Below are positions 19,000-27,243 of a DNA stretch of 60,796 nucleotides, piece after piece. The notes under the pieces are model-generated. The model did not search any database. It saw nothing but the letters and a program-made list of their open reading frames with translations, and was not told where the DNA came from. The stretch is from an uncultured Bacteroidaceae bacterium (GTDB lineage: Bacteria > Bacteroidota > Bacteroidia > Bacteroidales > Bacteroidaceae), in contig CAJGDX010000001.1 in the NCBI GenBank assembly GCA_904502185.1, positions 1 through 60,796 on the forward strand, read 5' to 3'. A program made the position numbers and the translations under genes. Each line of letters starts with the position of its first letter. Positions within the stretch are counted from its first letter, which is position 1.

Positions 19000-20958
19000 T
19001 TATTCGGTATACGAATCAAGCACCTTCCAGTCGGAAAGTTTGCGCAGTGTTTCGAGGCGGAAAGCACCCGGCCACGCCACAAGCCAGTTGTTCATACGCG
19101 ACTTGTCGGAGTTGCCCCAGGAGTGTCCCCAGCTGCAGTTGAAGAATGCCTCATTCTGTCCGCCTACGGGACGCACAAGACCATTGACTTCGAGCGAACC
19201 ATCGGAAATCAACTGACAGCCGTTGGTCCAGACTGCAAGTGCCTTTTGACGCCATACATCGTTGCCGCTAAGCTCTGCAAGGCGCAGCCACTCGCCCACC
19301 CACAGGAGAGCGTAGACATCGAGGTGGTGGTGCTGCACAGATACCGAGGTTGCGCCAAAGGTGCTGTAACCATGCAACGTAACATCGGAGTCGGCTCCAT
19401 AGGAGGCCTTGTAGTGCCACAACCATGTTGACAGATAATAAGATATGCGTTCGGCATGGGCAATATATTTGCGGTCGCCTGTAGCGTCGTAGAACATCAG
19501 TGATGCACGCAGCATGGGCATCGAGGACTCTTTATCGATGCACCAGGTGTCGAGCGCTCCGGCTGTCGTGTAGCCCGAACATTCAAACTCGGAATAGTAG
19601 TAGTCATAGGCTTTACGGGCGGAGTGATAGTAGCTGCTGTCGCCGGTCACCTGATATGCGCGAAGCATGGGTGCCACCATAAACGCGCCAACGGTTCCAT
19701 CCCTGTAAAGACACTCGCCATCGGAGTTCCAGCCTTTGCCATAGACTCCCGAAGGCTGCTGGTCGTTCTTCACAAAATCGCAGATGCCGAGGGCAACGCT
19801 TTTCACACGTTCTATGCGATCAGGAAGGTTGCATTTTTGAAGCAACTCAATAGTTTCGAAGAAGTTATAGGCTGCTGTACCGAGGTTGCAGGCATCGGAC
19901 ACTACCTTTTCACGACCAGAGAGTATATTGTCGTAACTTATTATGTAAAAGCCATTTTCGCGCTGTGTCACAGGCGCAGTCCATGTGTCGAGGGCGGTAA
20001 GAGCCTTGTCGCGCGACGACTCGTCGCCGCACTTCAGATAGTCTGTCAGCAACGTATTGATATACGATGAGTTCTGACCGCACCACCCTATCTCGTATTT
20101 GATAAAGGGGCGCTGTTTCCAGCCACCTGCGCCATCGGGCACCAAGCCTATGCTGAATCCTTTGTAGTCGCCCTCTTCTGCCCAAAGCGACTCTTTGGCA
20201 TAGCGCACGCCATACTCCCACACCTTTTCGGCAGGAATTACGCGGGCATACTCCTTGTCGGCAAGCGACCACGCCTTATCGAGGAAAGAAACAAGAGGAG
20301 TGACTTCGCCACCCTTGGCTGCCACAAAGAGATAGGCCTCAACCACTTTAGTCTCGCCTTTACGCATGGAGAGTTTACGGGCAGCACCGTCGGCATAGCC
20401 ATTCTTGTCGATATAAACAAAGGGACGTTCCTCCTCGGGAAATATCAGAGAATGAACAACATCCGCTGTATCGGGCTGCAACGAACACGAAAAGGCATCA
20501 GCCTCGTCTGTGGGGGCAAGGCTCCACATTGCCACTGCAAAATCATTGCTTTCGGAGTATGTTGCGCCGGGAATGGGGGTGCGACGATAGGAATATGTGT
20601 GCCACACACCATCGGTGCGGAAGCCCTTAGGCTCTTTGCCGCGTCCCCAGTGGTTGCCATTGTAGCAGACAGAGGGTATCATTGCAGACACCGACCGGCA
20701 AGCAGTGCGAAAATCGAGTGTCAGACGCACCGAATCGATATCACCAAGAGCAGTAAAAGTACGGGTGATTTTCAACGTGTTAGCATCGAACTGCTCTATT
20801 TTGTCGCTGTATTCGACCGCATCGGCAGCAATCGGCTGAAAGGCGCCGATAAGGGTTTCACCATAGTAGACAGCATCGCCATCCGCGGTTAAACACTTAT
20901 CGCTGCCGCATCCGAGAAGAATTGCAAACAGCGATAGGAGTATGAGTTTGTTTTTCAT
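19000..20958 (-). CDS. Orphan lipoprotein, N-terminal beta-rich domain plus a probable (alpha/alpha)6-toroid domain (glycoside hydrolase/lyase-like; family not recognised)
   Basis: 652 aa. Lipobox LLGCGSDKC. The C-terminal two-thirds is helix-repeat sequence rich in W/Y/H (GWCGQNSSYINTLLTDYLKCGD, ACNLGTAAYNFFE, GALDTWCIDKESSMPMLRASLMFYDATGD, SVQHHHLDVYALLWVGEWL). Confidence 0.45.
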   Translation of the reverse strand: MKNKLILLSLFAILLGCGSDKCLTADGDAVYYGETLIGAFQPIAADAVEYSDKIEQFDANTLKITRTFTALGDIDSVRLTLDFRTACRSVSAMIPSVCYNGNHWGRGKEPKGFRTDGVWHTYSYRRTPIPGATYSESNDFAVAMWSLAPTDEADAFSCSLQPDTADVVHSLIFPEEERPFVYIDKNGYADGAARKLSMRKGETKVVEAYLFVAAKGGEVTPLVSFLDKAWSLADKEYARVIPAEKVWEYGVRYAKESLWAEEGDYKGFSIGLVPDGAGGWKQRPFIKYEIGWCGQNSSYINTLLTDYLKCGDESSRDKALTALDTWTAPVTQRENGFYIISYDNILSGREKVVSDACNLGTAAYNFFETIELLQKCNLPDRIERVKSVALGICDFVKNDQQPSGVYGKGWNSDGECLYRDGTVGAFMVAPMLRAYQVTGDSSYYHSARKAYDYYYSEFECSGYTTAGALDTWCIDKESSMPMLRASLMFYDATGDRKYIAHAERISYYLSTWLWHYKASYGADSDVTLHGYSTFGATSVSVQHHHLDVYALLWVGEWLRLAELSGNDVWRQKALAVWTNGCQLISDGSLEVNGLVRPVGGQNEAFFNCSWGHSWGNSDKSRMNNWLVAWPGAFRLETLRKLSDWKVLDSYTE

Positions 20959-20985
20959 AAGAATCTTACAATGTTTTTAATCGAG

Positions 20986-21915
20986 TTATTCAGAGGCACG
21001 ATACTTGCCCTCTTTCTTCTCTTCAATCATGCTGAGATACGAGGAGTAGCGCGAAAGGGCAATCTCGCCACTCTCGACGGCGGCAAGCACCGCACAACCC
21101 GGTTCGTGTATATGCGTACAGTTACCGAAACGGCACCCTTTGGAACATTCGAATATTTCAAGGAAATAGTCGGCAATCTCCTCTATTTCCATGTCGTAGG
21201 TACCAAAACCCTTCACTCCCGGGGTATCGACAAGATAGCTGCCGGGCATGAGTTCGAACATTTCGGAGTAGGTGGTGGTGTGCATACCCTTGTTGTGTAT
21301 GCGGGATATTTCGCCTATGCGCGCAGCAGTTTCGGGCGACACTGCATTGACAAGGCTCGATTTTCCCACTCCCGAGTTTCCTGCAAGCAGCGATATCTGC
21401 CCAGAGATAATCTCTTTAAGTTCGTCGATGCCCTCGCCTGTGGTTGCCGACGTACGTATGCAACGGTAGCCTATCCTGCCATAAAGTGCCTCGAGTTCGG
21501 CAACGAGCGCAAGTTCCGCCTCGGCGTAGAGGTCGACCTTGTTAAAGACAAGCACCACCGGCACGCGGTAAGCCTCGGCAGAGGCAAGGAAACGGTCGAT
21601 GAAGGTGGTGGAGGTTGCCGGATAGTTCACCGTCACCACAAGCAGACAGATGTCGACATTGGCAGCAAGGATGTGCGACTGCTTGGAGAGGTTGGACGCC
21701 TTGCGCACGATGTAGTTGCGACGAGGAAGAATATCGCTGATGTATGCGGTATTATCCTCGCGCATGGAGATTTCTACGCAGTCGCCGACAGCAACAGGGT
21801 TGGTGCTTTTGATATCTTTCAGGCGGAAATTGCCCTTCACACGACACTCCACCACCCCTGTGTCGGTCTTGACTGTGTAGATGTTGCCTGTATTTTTTAT
21901 TACTGTACCCTGCAC
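20986..21915 (-). CDS. rsgA: Ribosome small-subunit-dependent GTPase A
   Basis: 309 aa. OB-fold N-terminus, circularly permuted GTPase (NKVDL ... GNSGVGKSSLVNA), and a C-terminal zinc knuckle CRFGNCTHIHEPGCAV. Confidence 0.92.
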   Translation of the reverse strand: MQGTVIKNTGNIYTVKTDTGVVECRVKGNFRLKDIKSTNPVAVGDCVEISMREDNTAYISDILPRRNYIVRKASNLSKQSHILAANVDICLLVVTVNYPATSTTFIDRFLASAEAYRVPVVLVFNKVDLYAEAELALVAELEALYGRIGYRCIRTSATTGEGIDELKEIISGQISLLAGNSGVGKSSLVNAVSPETAARIGEISRIHNKGMHTTTYSEMFELMPGSYLVDTPGVKGFGTYDMEIEEIADYFLEIFECSKGCRFGNCTHIHEPGCAVLAAVESGEIALSRYSSYLSMIEEKKEGKYRASE

Positions 21916-21925
21916 AGAAACGGTT

Positions 21926-22486
21926 TTACACGGTCATTATCTCTTTTTCCTTTGCAGCAAAAAGCTCTTCGGCCTTCTTGATGTACTTATCGTGGATGCG
22001 CTGCAAGCTCTCCTCGCCATCTTTCTCCATATCCTCGGGCAGACCATCCTTGATACCCTTCTTGAGTGTGTCGATGCCGTCGCGACGAGCATTGCGGATG
22101 CTGATTTTTGCAGTTTCCATCTCTTTGGCGCACTGCTTTACCAACTGCTGACGGCGCTCACCTGTGAGAGGGGGAATAGCAATGATGATTACCTCGCCAT
22201 TGTTAGCGGGCATAATACCTACGGGCGAGTCGATGATTGCCTTCTCGATGGCGCTGAACATGCTCTTGTCCCAAGGCTTGATGGCAATGGTTCTCATGTC
22301 GGGAGTTGTAACTGTTGCCACGTTGTTAAGGGGCACTTCCGAACCGTATGAATGTACGCGTACACAATCGAGGATGTGAACATTGGCCTTTCCTGCACGA
22401 ATGTGTGAAAACTCCTCTTCGAGGTGCATTACTGCCATTTCCATCATCTCTTCGCAATCGTTCAAACAAGCTTTTACATCTAACAT
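21926..22486 (-). CDS. frr: Ribosome recycling factor
   Basis: 186 aa. Contains IRAGKANVHILDCVRVHSYGSEVPLNNVATVTTPD...IPPLTGERRQQLVKQCAKEMETAKISIRNARRD. Confidence 0.95.
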   Translation of the reverse strand: MLDVKACLNDCEEMMEMAVMHLEEEFSHIRAGKANVHILDCVRVHSYGSEVPLNNVATVTTPDMRTIAIKPWDKSMFSAIEKAIIDSPVGIMPANNGEVIIIAIPPLTGERRQQLVKQCAKEMETAKISIRNARRDGIDTLKKGIKDGLPEDMEKDGEESLQRIHDKYIKKAEELFAAKEKEIMTV

Positions 22487-22546
22487 AATATTACGTTTTT
22501 AGGTTTATATTTATATTTGAATGGGGTAAATTACCACCTAATACTG

Positions 22547-22554
22547 CAAAGATA
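22547..22554 (-). promoter_or_regulatory. -7 box TATCTTTG upstream of frr
   Basis: Matches TAnnTTTG on the minus strand, 60 nt upstream of the frr ATG. No good -33 TTTG at the correct spacing. Confidence 0.4.
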
Positions 22555-22780
22555 CAACAAACAAGCAAAAAAGGATAAAGCTTGCTTTATTTTTTTAAAG
22601 CAAGGGCGGACAATCTTTGGGTTATTTAGCAAAGATTGTCTAAAATATCACAAAAAAGGAGATAAAATTGGTAAAGACGCGATTATATACATATATTCGC
22701 ACAAGGCAGTCTGCTGCAATGTGTAACCTTTAACACTGCAGAGGCAACATATCGCCCTATTTATTGTTTACATCTAAGAA

Positions 22781-22788
22781 AAGGAGGT
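22781..22788 (+). promoter_or_regulatory. Perfect Shine-Dalgarno AAGGAGGT, 5 nt before the ATG at 22794
   Basis: Read directly from the sequence. No other gene start I inspected in this window has a comparable SD. Confidence 0.6.
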
Positions 22789-22793
22789 AGATT

Positions 22794-23045
22794 ATGTCAG
22801 GCAAAGGAGAGCAACACAAATTGGTAAAGGTTTTCAGCGGAAACCTGTGGCAGGCACAGATTATTCAAGGCTTGCTCGAGGCGAACCACATCGCCAGCAT
22901 GTTGGAGAACGACACCCTGTCGGCTGTAACATCGCCATACGCCACACTGGGCGGCGAGGTATTCGTTCTTGTTGATATGAAAGATAAGGATTCGGCTACA
23001 AGGTTAATATCGACAAATTCACTTTCGTCCGTACCCTATAACTAA
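22794..23045 (+). CDS. Small DUF2007-like (putative signal-transducing, PII-like fold) protein
   Basis: 83 aa. LVKVFSGNLWQAQIIQGLLEANHIASMLEND...GEVFVLVDMKDKDSA is typical of the DUF2007 family as I recall it. Confidence 0.6.
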   Translation: MSGKGEQHKLVKVFSGNLWQAQIIQGLLEANHIASMLENDTLSAVTSPYATLGGEVFVLVDMKDKDSATRLISTNSLSSVPYN

Positions 23046-23118
23046 AAAAGCAGTTTGAATTTATTGACAATAGTCCAAACAAAGCGTAGCGCAAAAAGTT
23101 CATAACTGTTTCTAACAT

Positions 23119-23148
23119 AAAAGGCTGCCCCGAAAGAGGCAGCCTTTT
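23119..23148. terminator. Bidirectional intrinsic terminator between 22794-23045 (+) and rplS (-)
   Basis: AAAAGGCTGCC-ccgaaaga-GGCAGCCTTTT, an 11-bp stem flanked by A-run and T-run. Confidence 0.8.
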
Positions 23149-23167
23149 ATGTTTTTGCGACAACAAA

Positions 23168-23518
23168 TTACTTCTTGAGCTCTTTGATACGAGCTTTCTT
23201 TCCTGTAAGTGAGCGGAGATAGTAAAGTTTTGCGCGACGAACACGACCATACTTGTTGACAGTGATGCTGTCGATAGAAGGTGAGTTCAAGGGGAAGATA
23301 CGCTCTACGCCTACTGTTCCTGACATCTTACGAACGGTGAAACGTTTCTCGTCACCGTGACCGCAGATGCGGATAACTACACCGCGGTAGAGCTGAATAC
23401 GCTCTTTTGTACCCTCGATGATCTTGTAAGCTACTGTGATTGTGTCACCGGGATGAAAATCCAACTCACGTTTAACGTCTGTTGCAAATGCTTCTTTAGC
23501 AATTTTAAGTAAATCCAT
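23168..23518 (-). CDS. rplS: 50S ribosomal protein L19
   Basis: The ORF-track frame is 23168-23560. The family-length start is [11 protein letters not shown]... at 23518 (116 aa). Contains [26 protein letters not shown]...[11 protein letters not shown]. Confidence 0.93.
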   Translation of the reverse strand: MDLLKIAKEAFATDVKRELDFHPGDTITVAYKIIEGTKERIQLYRGVVIRICGHGDEKRFTVRKMSGTVGVERIFPLNSPSIDSITVNKYGRVRRAKLYYLRSLTGKKARIKELKK

Positions 23519-23604
23519 TGTATTGGTATTAAAAAATTGTTCACCTCTCCAGCGCAACATATCAAGTTACTCTTCCTTGACAGCGATTACGCCGAAAGCG
23601 GGTG

Positions 23605-23635
23605 CAAAGATAGATAATTTTCCTTAAATGACAAG
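23605..23635 (-). promoter_or_regulatory. Promoter for rplS (-33 CTTG, 19-nt spacer, -7 TATCTTTG)
   Basis: The minus strand reads CTTG-tcatttaaggaaaattatc-TATCTTTG. Confidence 0.5.
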
Positions 23636-23650
23636 CGCCGAAGAGGCTTT

Positions 23651-25282
23651 TTATTTTTTTATCAGCACTTTGCGATAGTTATCGGTGTTCCAAAGGCGCA
23701 TAATGGCAAGAAATTCCTTGTACTTGGAAACAGGGATTACAGGCATCTTCAGCTCCATTGTGCGCTTTACAAATATTTTGCCCGGCTCATTGACGATGGA
23801 GATATTTACGCTGCCCACAGAGTTCACGAGAGTCTTCTGCACATTCTTTGTAACAGATGTCACACCTGTCAAAGATATCACATAGTCATCGGTTTCTCTT
23901 AACTTGCAGGGAATTGCAACAGGCGCGTAACGCTCTTTACTCAACTTGTCGAGTTTTAGCCTCTGTGCTGCATTATGCATGGAAGGTTTCTCAGGCAAGG
24001 CAATCATTGCATATCCGTCGAGCCATTGTGGTTCATTCTTTACTGTAACATTATCAGCATTTGCCTTGCTTTCAGATGGAATAGTGTACTCTGTGCTACA
24101 TTCTATTTCATTTGCCGTAACATTTATTCTACTCAACGAATTACACTCTGCAATTGATTCGGGAAGTTCTATCTTGTTTCCGGCAAGGTCGTAGAGTGAA
24201 TAGTGTGCAGTCTGCTTGCCGAGCGGTGAATCGCCCAGGGTTTTCACAGAGTAGAATCTGCCATTGCACTGAACCATGTATTCAGCAACATTGCGAATGG
24301 TCTTTACCTCCTGCGTTGCAGGGAATGCCACCACGGCCTGTGCCTGCAAGCCCTCGGCACGCATCAGTTTTGCCATAGCCAGCGCCTTTTCGGCCTCGGT
24401 GCCGTAAGCAGTCTCCATCACACGACCACACTGACGCACGCTGTTACCTGTAAGGTAAGGTTGAACGGCACAACTGCCCAATCCGCTGACAACATATTTC
24501 TGAATTGCATCGGCACGCTGCTCATCATTCTGAGCCTCTGCAAGATATTCGCGCGGAGCGCGACGAAGGTCGCGTGTTTCGATGGTAAGGGGCATCAGAT
24601 TGTCGGCAAGCGTGGGAGCAGTTGTTACCGCAAGATGGGGCACGCCACCGTAGCCGTACGGGGTATTTGCCTCGCCTTTGGCACTCTGCACGTTGGTAAA
24701 TGTCCAGGTATACTTGCCGCCCTTGACTACGGGCTTCACATTGGAGTCGGTAAGACTCCAGCGAAGAGCTGTACCCTCGGGAACATTTACAATCACCTGA
24801 TATTTGTCAATATCGACACCGGCAACGCCTATAATCTCTTCTACATCAAGACTGTTGTAAACACCGGGCTGAGTGGTGACGGTGTATTCAAGATAGGTTG
24901 TTGCGCCAAGTTCAAGACCTGTATGAGAAATTACAAGCTCGGTGAGTTTGTTGTAGTCGGGAGCCTTTGCAGCCACAGAGGGAAGAACATAGTTGAAGGC
25001 GTTTTCGGGAGTACGGATTATTGTTCCGTCGGCCTGCACTGTGTACGATGTATCAATCTTCACACTCTGATACTCGGAATTATAGACCACAAATGTTTCG
25101 CCAAAAAGGGTAAAAAATGAGTAGTGTGTATTGTATTTCAGCACCTTGCTCACCTTCTGGGTAATACCTCCGTCGGGCGAGAGTGTATATTCGCTGATGA
25201 TGCTCTTGTATGTACCGTCGGCAGTGGCAAAGAGCTGCATTGCCATCATCATTGCCATTATAATGATTATATTTCTTTTCAT
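23651..25282 (-). CDS. Secreted DUF3857/DUF3858-type protein with a degenerate transglutaminase-like core
   Basis: 543 aa with a signal peptide. Its architecture parallels the upstream 652-aa protein. The core region RQCGRVMETAYGTEAEKALAMAKLMRAEGLQAQAVV lacks the downstream His/Asp. Confidence 0.55.
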   Translation of the reverse strand: MKRNIIIIMAMMMAMQLFATADGTYKSIISEYTLSPDGGITQKVSKVLKYNTHYSFFTLFGETFVVYNSEYQSVKIDTSYTVQADGTIIRTPENAFNYVLPSVAAKAPDYNKLTELVISHTGLELGATTYLEYTVTTQPGVYNSLDVEEIIGVAGVDIDKYQVIVNVPEGTALRWSLTDSNVKPVVKGGKYTWTFTNVQSAKGEANTPYGYGGVPHLAVTTAPTLADNLMPLTIETRDLRRAPREYLAEAQNDEQRADAIQKYVVSGLGSCAVQPYLTGNSVRQCGRVMETAYGTEAEKALAMAKLMRAEGLQAQAVVAFPATQEVKTIRNVAEYMVQCNGRFYSVKTLGDSPLGKQTAHYSLYDLAGNKIELPESIAECNSLSRINVTANEIECSTEYTIPSESKANADNVTVKNEPQWLDGYAMIALPEKPSMHNAAQRLKLDKLSKERYAPVAIPCKLRETDDYVISLTGVTSVTKNVQKTLVNSVGSVNISIVNEPGKIFVKRTMELKMPVIPVSKYKEFLAIMRLWNTDNYRKVLIKK

Positions 25283-25284
25283 CG

Positions 25285-27243
25285 TTACTTTTTCTCTAAT
25301 ACCAACATTGAGTTTGTCATCTCCTTGAATGCGTTCACAGCTGCGCGGAACTCACCCCACTCTGCCGCTTCGTAAACACGCTTGCCGAGCGAAATATACT
25401 GTTCGGCGCAGAGCTTGTTGCCCTTTTGTTCAAGAGTGCCGGCGGCCTTTGCCACGTTGCCCTCGACAGAAACGCTTTTGGGCTGCTGCAACATCTTGTA
25501 GCCCTTGGGCAGAGTCATAGCCTCCTTAAGCTCTACATAGCGCGAGCAGGCATCCTTGAAGGCATGTTTGCGCTCCTCGGCCTTTGTGTCGACGCGAAGG
25601 AAGCTGCATACTCCGCTATACAGACCTGAGAAGACAAGAGGCTTGCACATCATTACGCCATCGCCAACGGTAGCATACTGGGGAATGGTGAAGGTCATCT
25701 TCAGCTCAATGGGCGCCTTCTGATAGTTTTTAGGCTCTTTGCAGCTGTATGATTCGAGCGTTGCAAGAGGCGAAACTGCAAGCAACTGGCTTTCGAGTGA
25801 ACGATAGATGCGGTCGGCGTATCCTTGCAGGAAGGGCGCACGTACCGAGCCGTCGGACTGTCCCTCGGCCCTGACAACAAACGAGCCTGTGAGTGTGCCG
25901 TCTGCTGACAGTTTGCTCTCGGCACTGATTTTAAGATAGTGGTTCATAGGATCGGAAACAGGTGTCAGGCAGAGGTCTGAGCCTTCGGGGATTCCCGGGA
26001 GATAGTTCTGCTGCTGCTCGGCACTTGACCACAGTTCGCGTTTGAAGGGCACCCATGTGGGGTCGAGGGGCATATATGTACCATCCTTCAGCTTGACAAC
26101 TGTCACGCAGTGGTTGAAGTGGTCGGCGGGTATTGTCTCTATTCGCGAACCTGCCATAGTCATTGCCGGGTAGGCCTCGAAGCCTGCCATGCGCAACATT
26201 GATATAAGGAGCGCCGCCTTGTCTTTGCAGACACCGCAACGGTCGGTAAAGTTCATTTTTGTATTGTGCAGGGTGTAACCCTCGCCCTTGCCCATGGGGA
26301 TTCCCGAATAGCGCATATTGTCGGCTACCCAGTGGGTGAGGATAGAGATTTTCTGCATGTCGTCCTTGACGCCCTTGAGCAGTGCATCGACCTTTTTCTG
26401 TGCCTCGGGCAGAGGTTCGAAGCTGCCGTAATCCTCGTTTACATTGTAGAACCACAAGGATTTATCCTGCCATTTGTCTGTGGAAGAGAGCATCAGTTTG
26501 GGTGCAACGTCGTAGAGAGCCACCATATTTTTCTCGCTCTTGAAAGGCATTGCCATTGAAACGGAAAATGTCAGCAGTTTGCGTCCATCGACCTTGCGAA
26601 TTGACGAGCGGCACTCACCCTGATAAAATTCGTATTGCACGGGCTTGTTGTCGGGAACACTGACGCTGTAAACCTTCTTTACAGTGGGATAGTCAACCCA
26701 GAAAGGCACAATGTCGTAGAACTCGCCACGCATAGGCGGAACGAAACGTTCATCGTCATCGGAAGGGATGTCGGCAAGCAGCGCATAGGTGAAGCCCTTC
26801 TTGGCTATTGTATAGTCAACAATATCACCGGGTTGCAGAGCGCCAAGCTCTATCATTATCTGACGTGCGCCCCAATAGATTGCACGGGCAGGCGCAGCAT
26901 AGTCACATGTAGTAGATGGGTCAATCTGACGCACCGAGCCATCGCTGCCATAAATGGTCACATTGTCGAAACGCGCCGAGGCGGTCAGAGGGTCGTAGTC
27001 GTAGACAAGCACACGATGGGACAATGCTCCACGCTCGTTCTGTATGCGCATCACCTTGTGTATGGTGAAACTGCCCGAGCCATTATCGGTAACGCTTACA
27101 CCTGTACTATCCAGCAGTACAGCAACGGCAGCCGATGAAAAATTCTTGTCGGCGTCGGCCTTTTCGACAGCCGCAGTCCAACTTTGCGCTGCGCCGGCAA
27201 GTGTCGCCAACAGCGCAAGAACAAATAGTGAGATTTTCTTCAT
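25285..27243 (-). CDS. Secreted transglutaminase-like cysteine protease-fold protein (DUF3857 N-domain)
   Basis: 652 aa with signal peptide MKKISLFVLALLATLAGAAQS. The Cys-His-Asp core is intact: DRCGVCKDKAALLISMLRMAGFEAY ... DHFNHCVTVVKL ... PLDPTW. Confidence 0.75.
   Translation of the reverse strand: MKKISLFVLALLATLAGAAQSWTAAVEKADADKNFSSAAVAVLLDSTGVSVTDNGSGSFTIHKVMRIQNERGALSHRVLVYDYDPLTASARFDNVTIYGSDGSVRQIDPSTTCDYAAPARAIYWGARQIMIELGALQPGDIVDYTIAKKGFTYALLADIPSDDDERFVPPMRGEFYDIVPFWVDYPTVKKVYSVSVPDNKPVQYEFYQGECRSSIRKVDGRKLLTFSVSMAMPFKSEKNMVALYDVAPKLMLSSTDKWQDKSLWFYNVNEDYGSFEPLPEAQKKVDALLKGVKDDMQKISILTHWVADNMRYSGIPMGKGEGYTLHNTKMNFTDRCGVCKDKAALLISMLRMAGFEAYPAMTMAGSRIETIPADHFNHCVTVVKLKDGTYMPLDPTWVPFKRELWSSAEQQQNYLPGIPEGSDLCLTPVSDPMNHYLKISAESKLSADGTLTGSFVVRAEGQSDGSVRAPFLQGYADRIYRSLESQLLAVSPLATLESYSCKEPKNYQKAPIELKMTFTIPQYATVGDGVMMCKPLVFSGLYSGVCSFLRVDTKAEERKHAFKDACSRYVELKEAMTLPKGYKMLQQPKSVSVEGNVAKAAGTLEQKGNKLCAEQYISLGKRVYEAAEWGEFRAAVNAFKEMTNSMLVLEKK

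Noticed and set aside
18862-19431. 189-aa plus-strand ORF in the PUL upstream region
   Set aside because: It runs through two terminator hairpins and then antisense into the 3' end of gene 19000-20958. No motif support.
20971-21981. 336-aa plus-strand ORF opposite rsgA
   Set aside because: It is a shadow of rsgA, whose minus-strand frame carries the P-loop and zinc knuckle. No independent start context or motif.
22517-22726. 69-aa ORF (TTG start) in the frr / DUF2007 intergenic region
   Set aside because: Non-ATG start and Lys-rich low-complexity product. It overlaps the frr promoter box and both hairpins, so the region is more likely non-coding.
23519-23560. 14-codon N-terminal extension of rplS ([14 protein letters not shown]...)
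   Set aside because: L19 proteins are about 115 aa and start at the MDLLK-type methionine. The extension would eat into the leader downstream of the predicted promoter.
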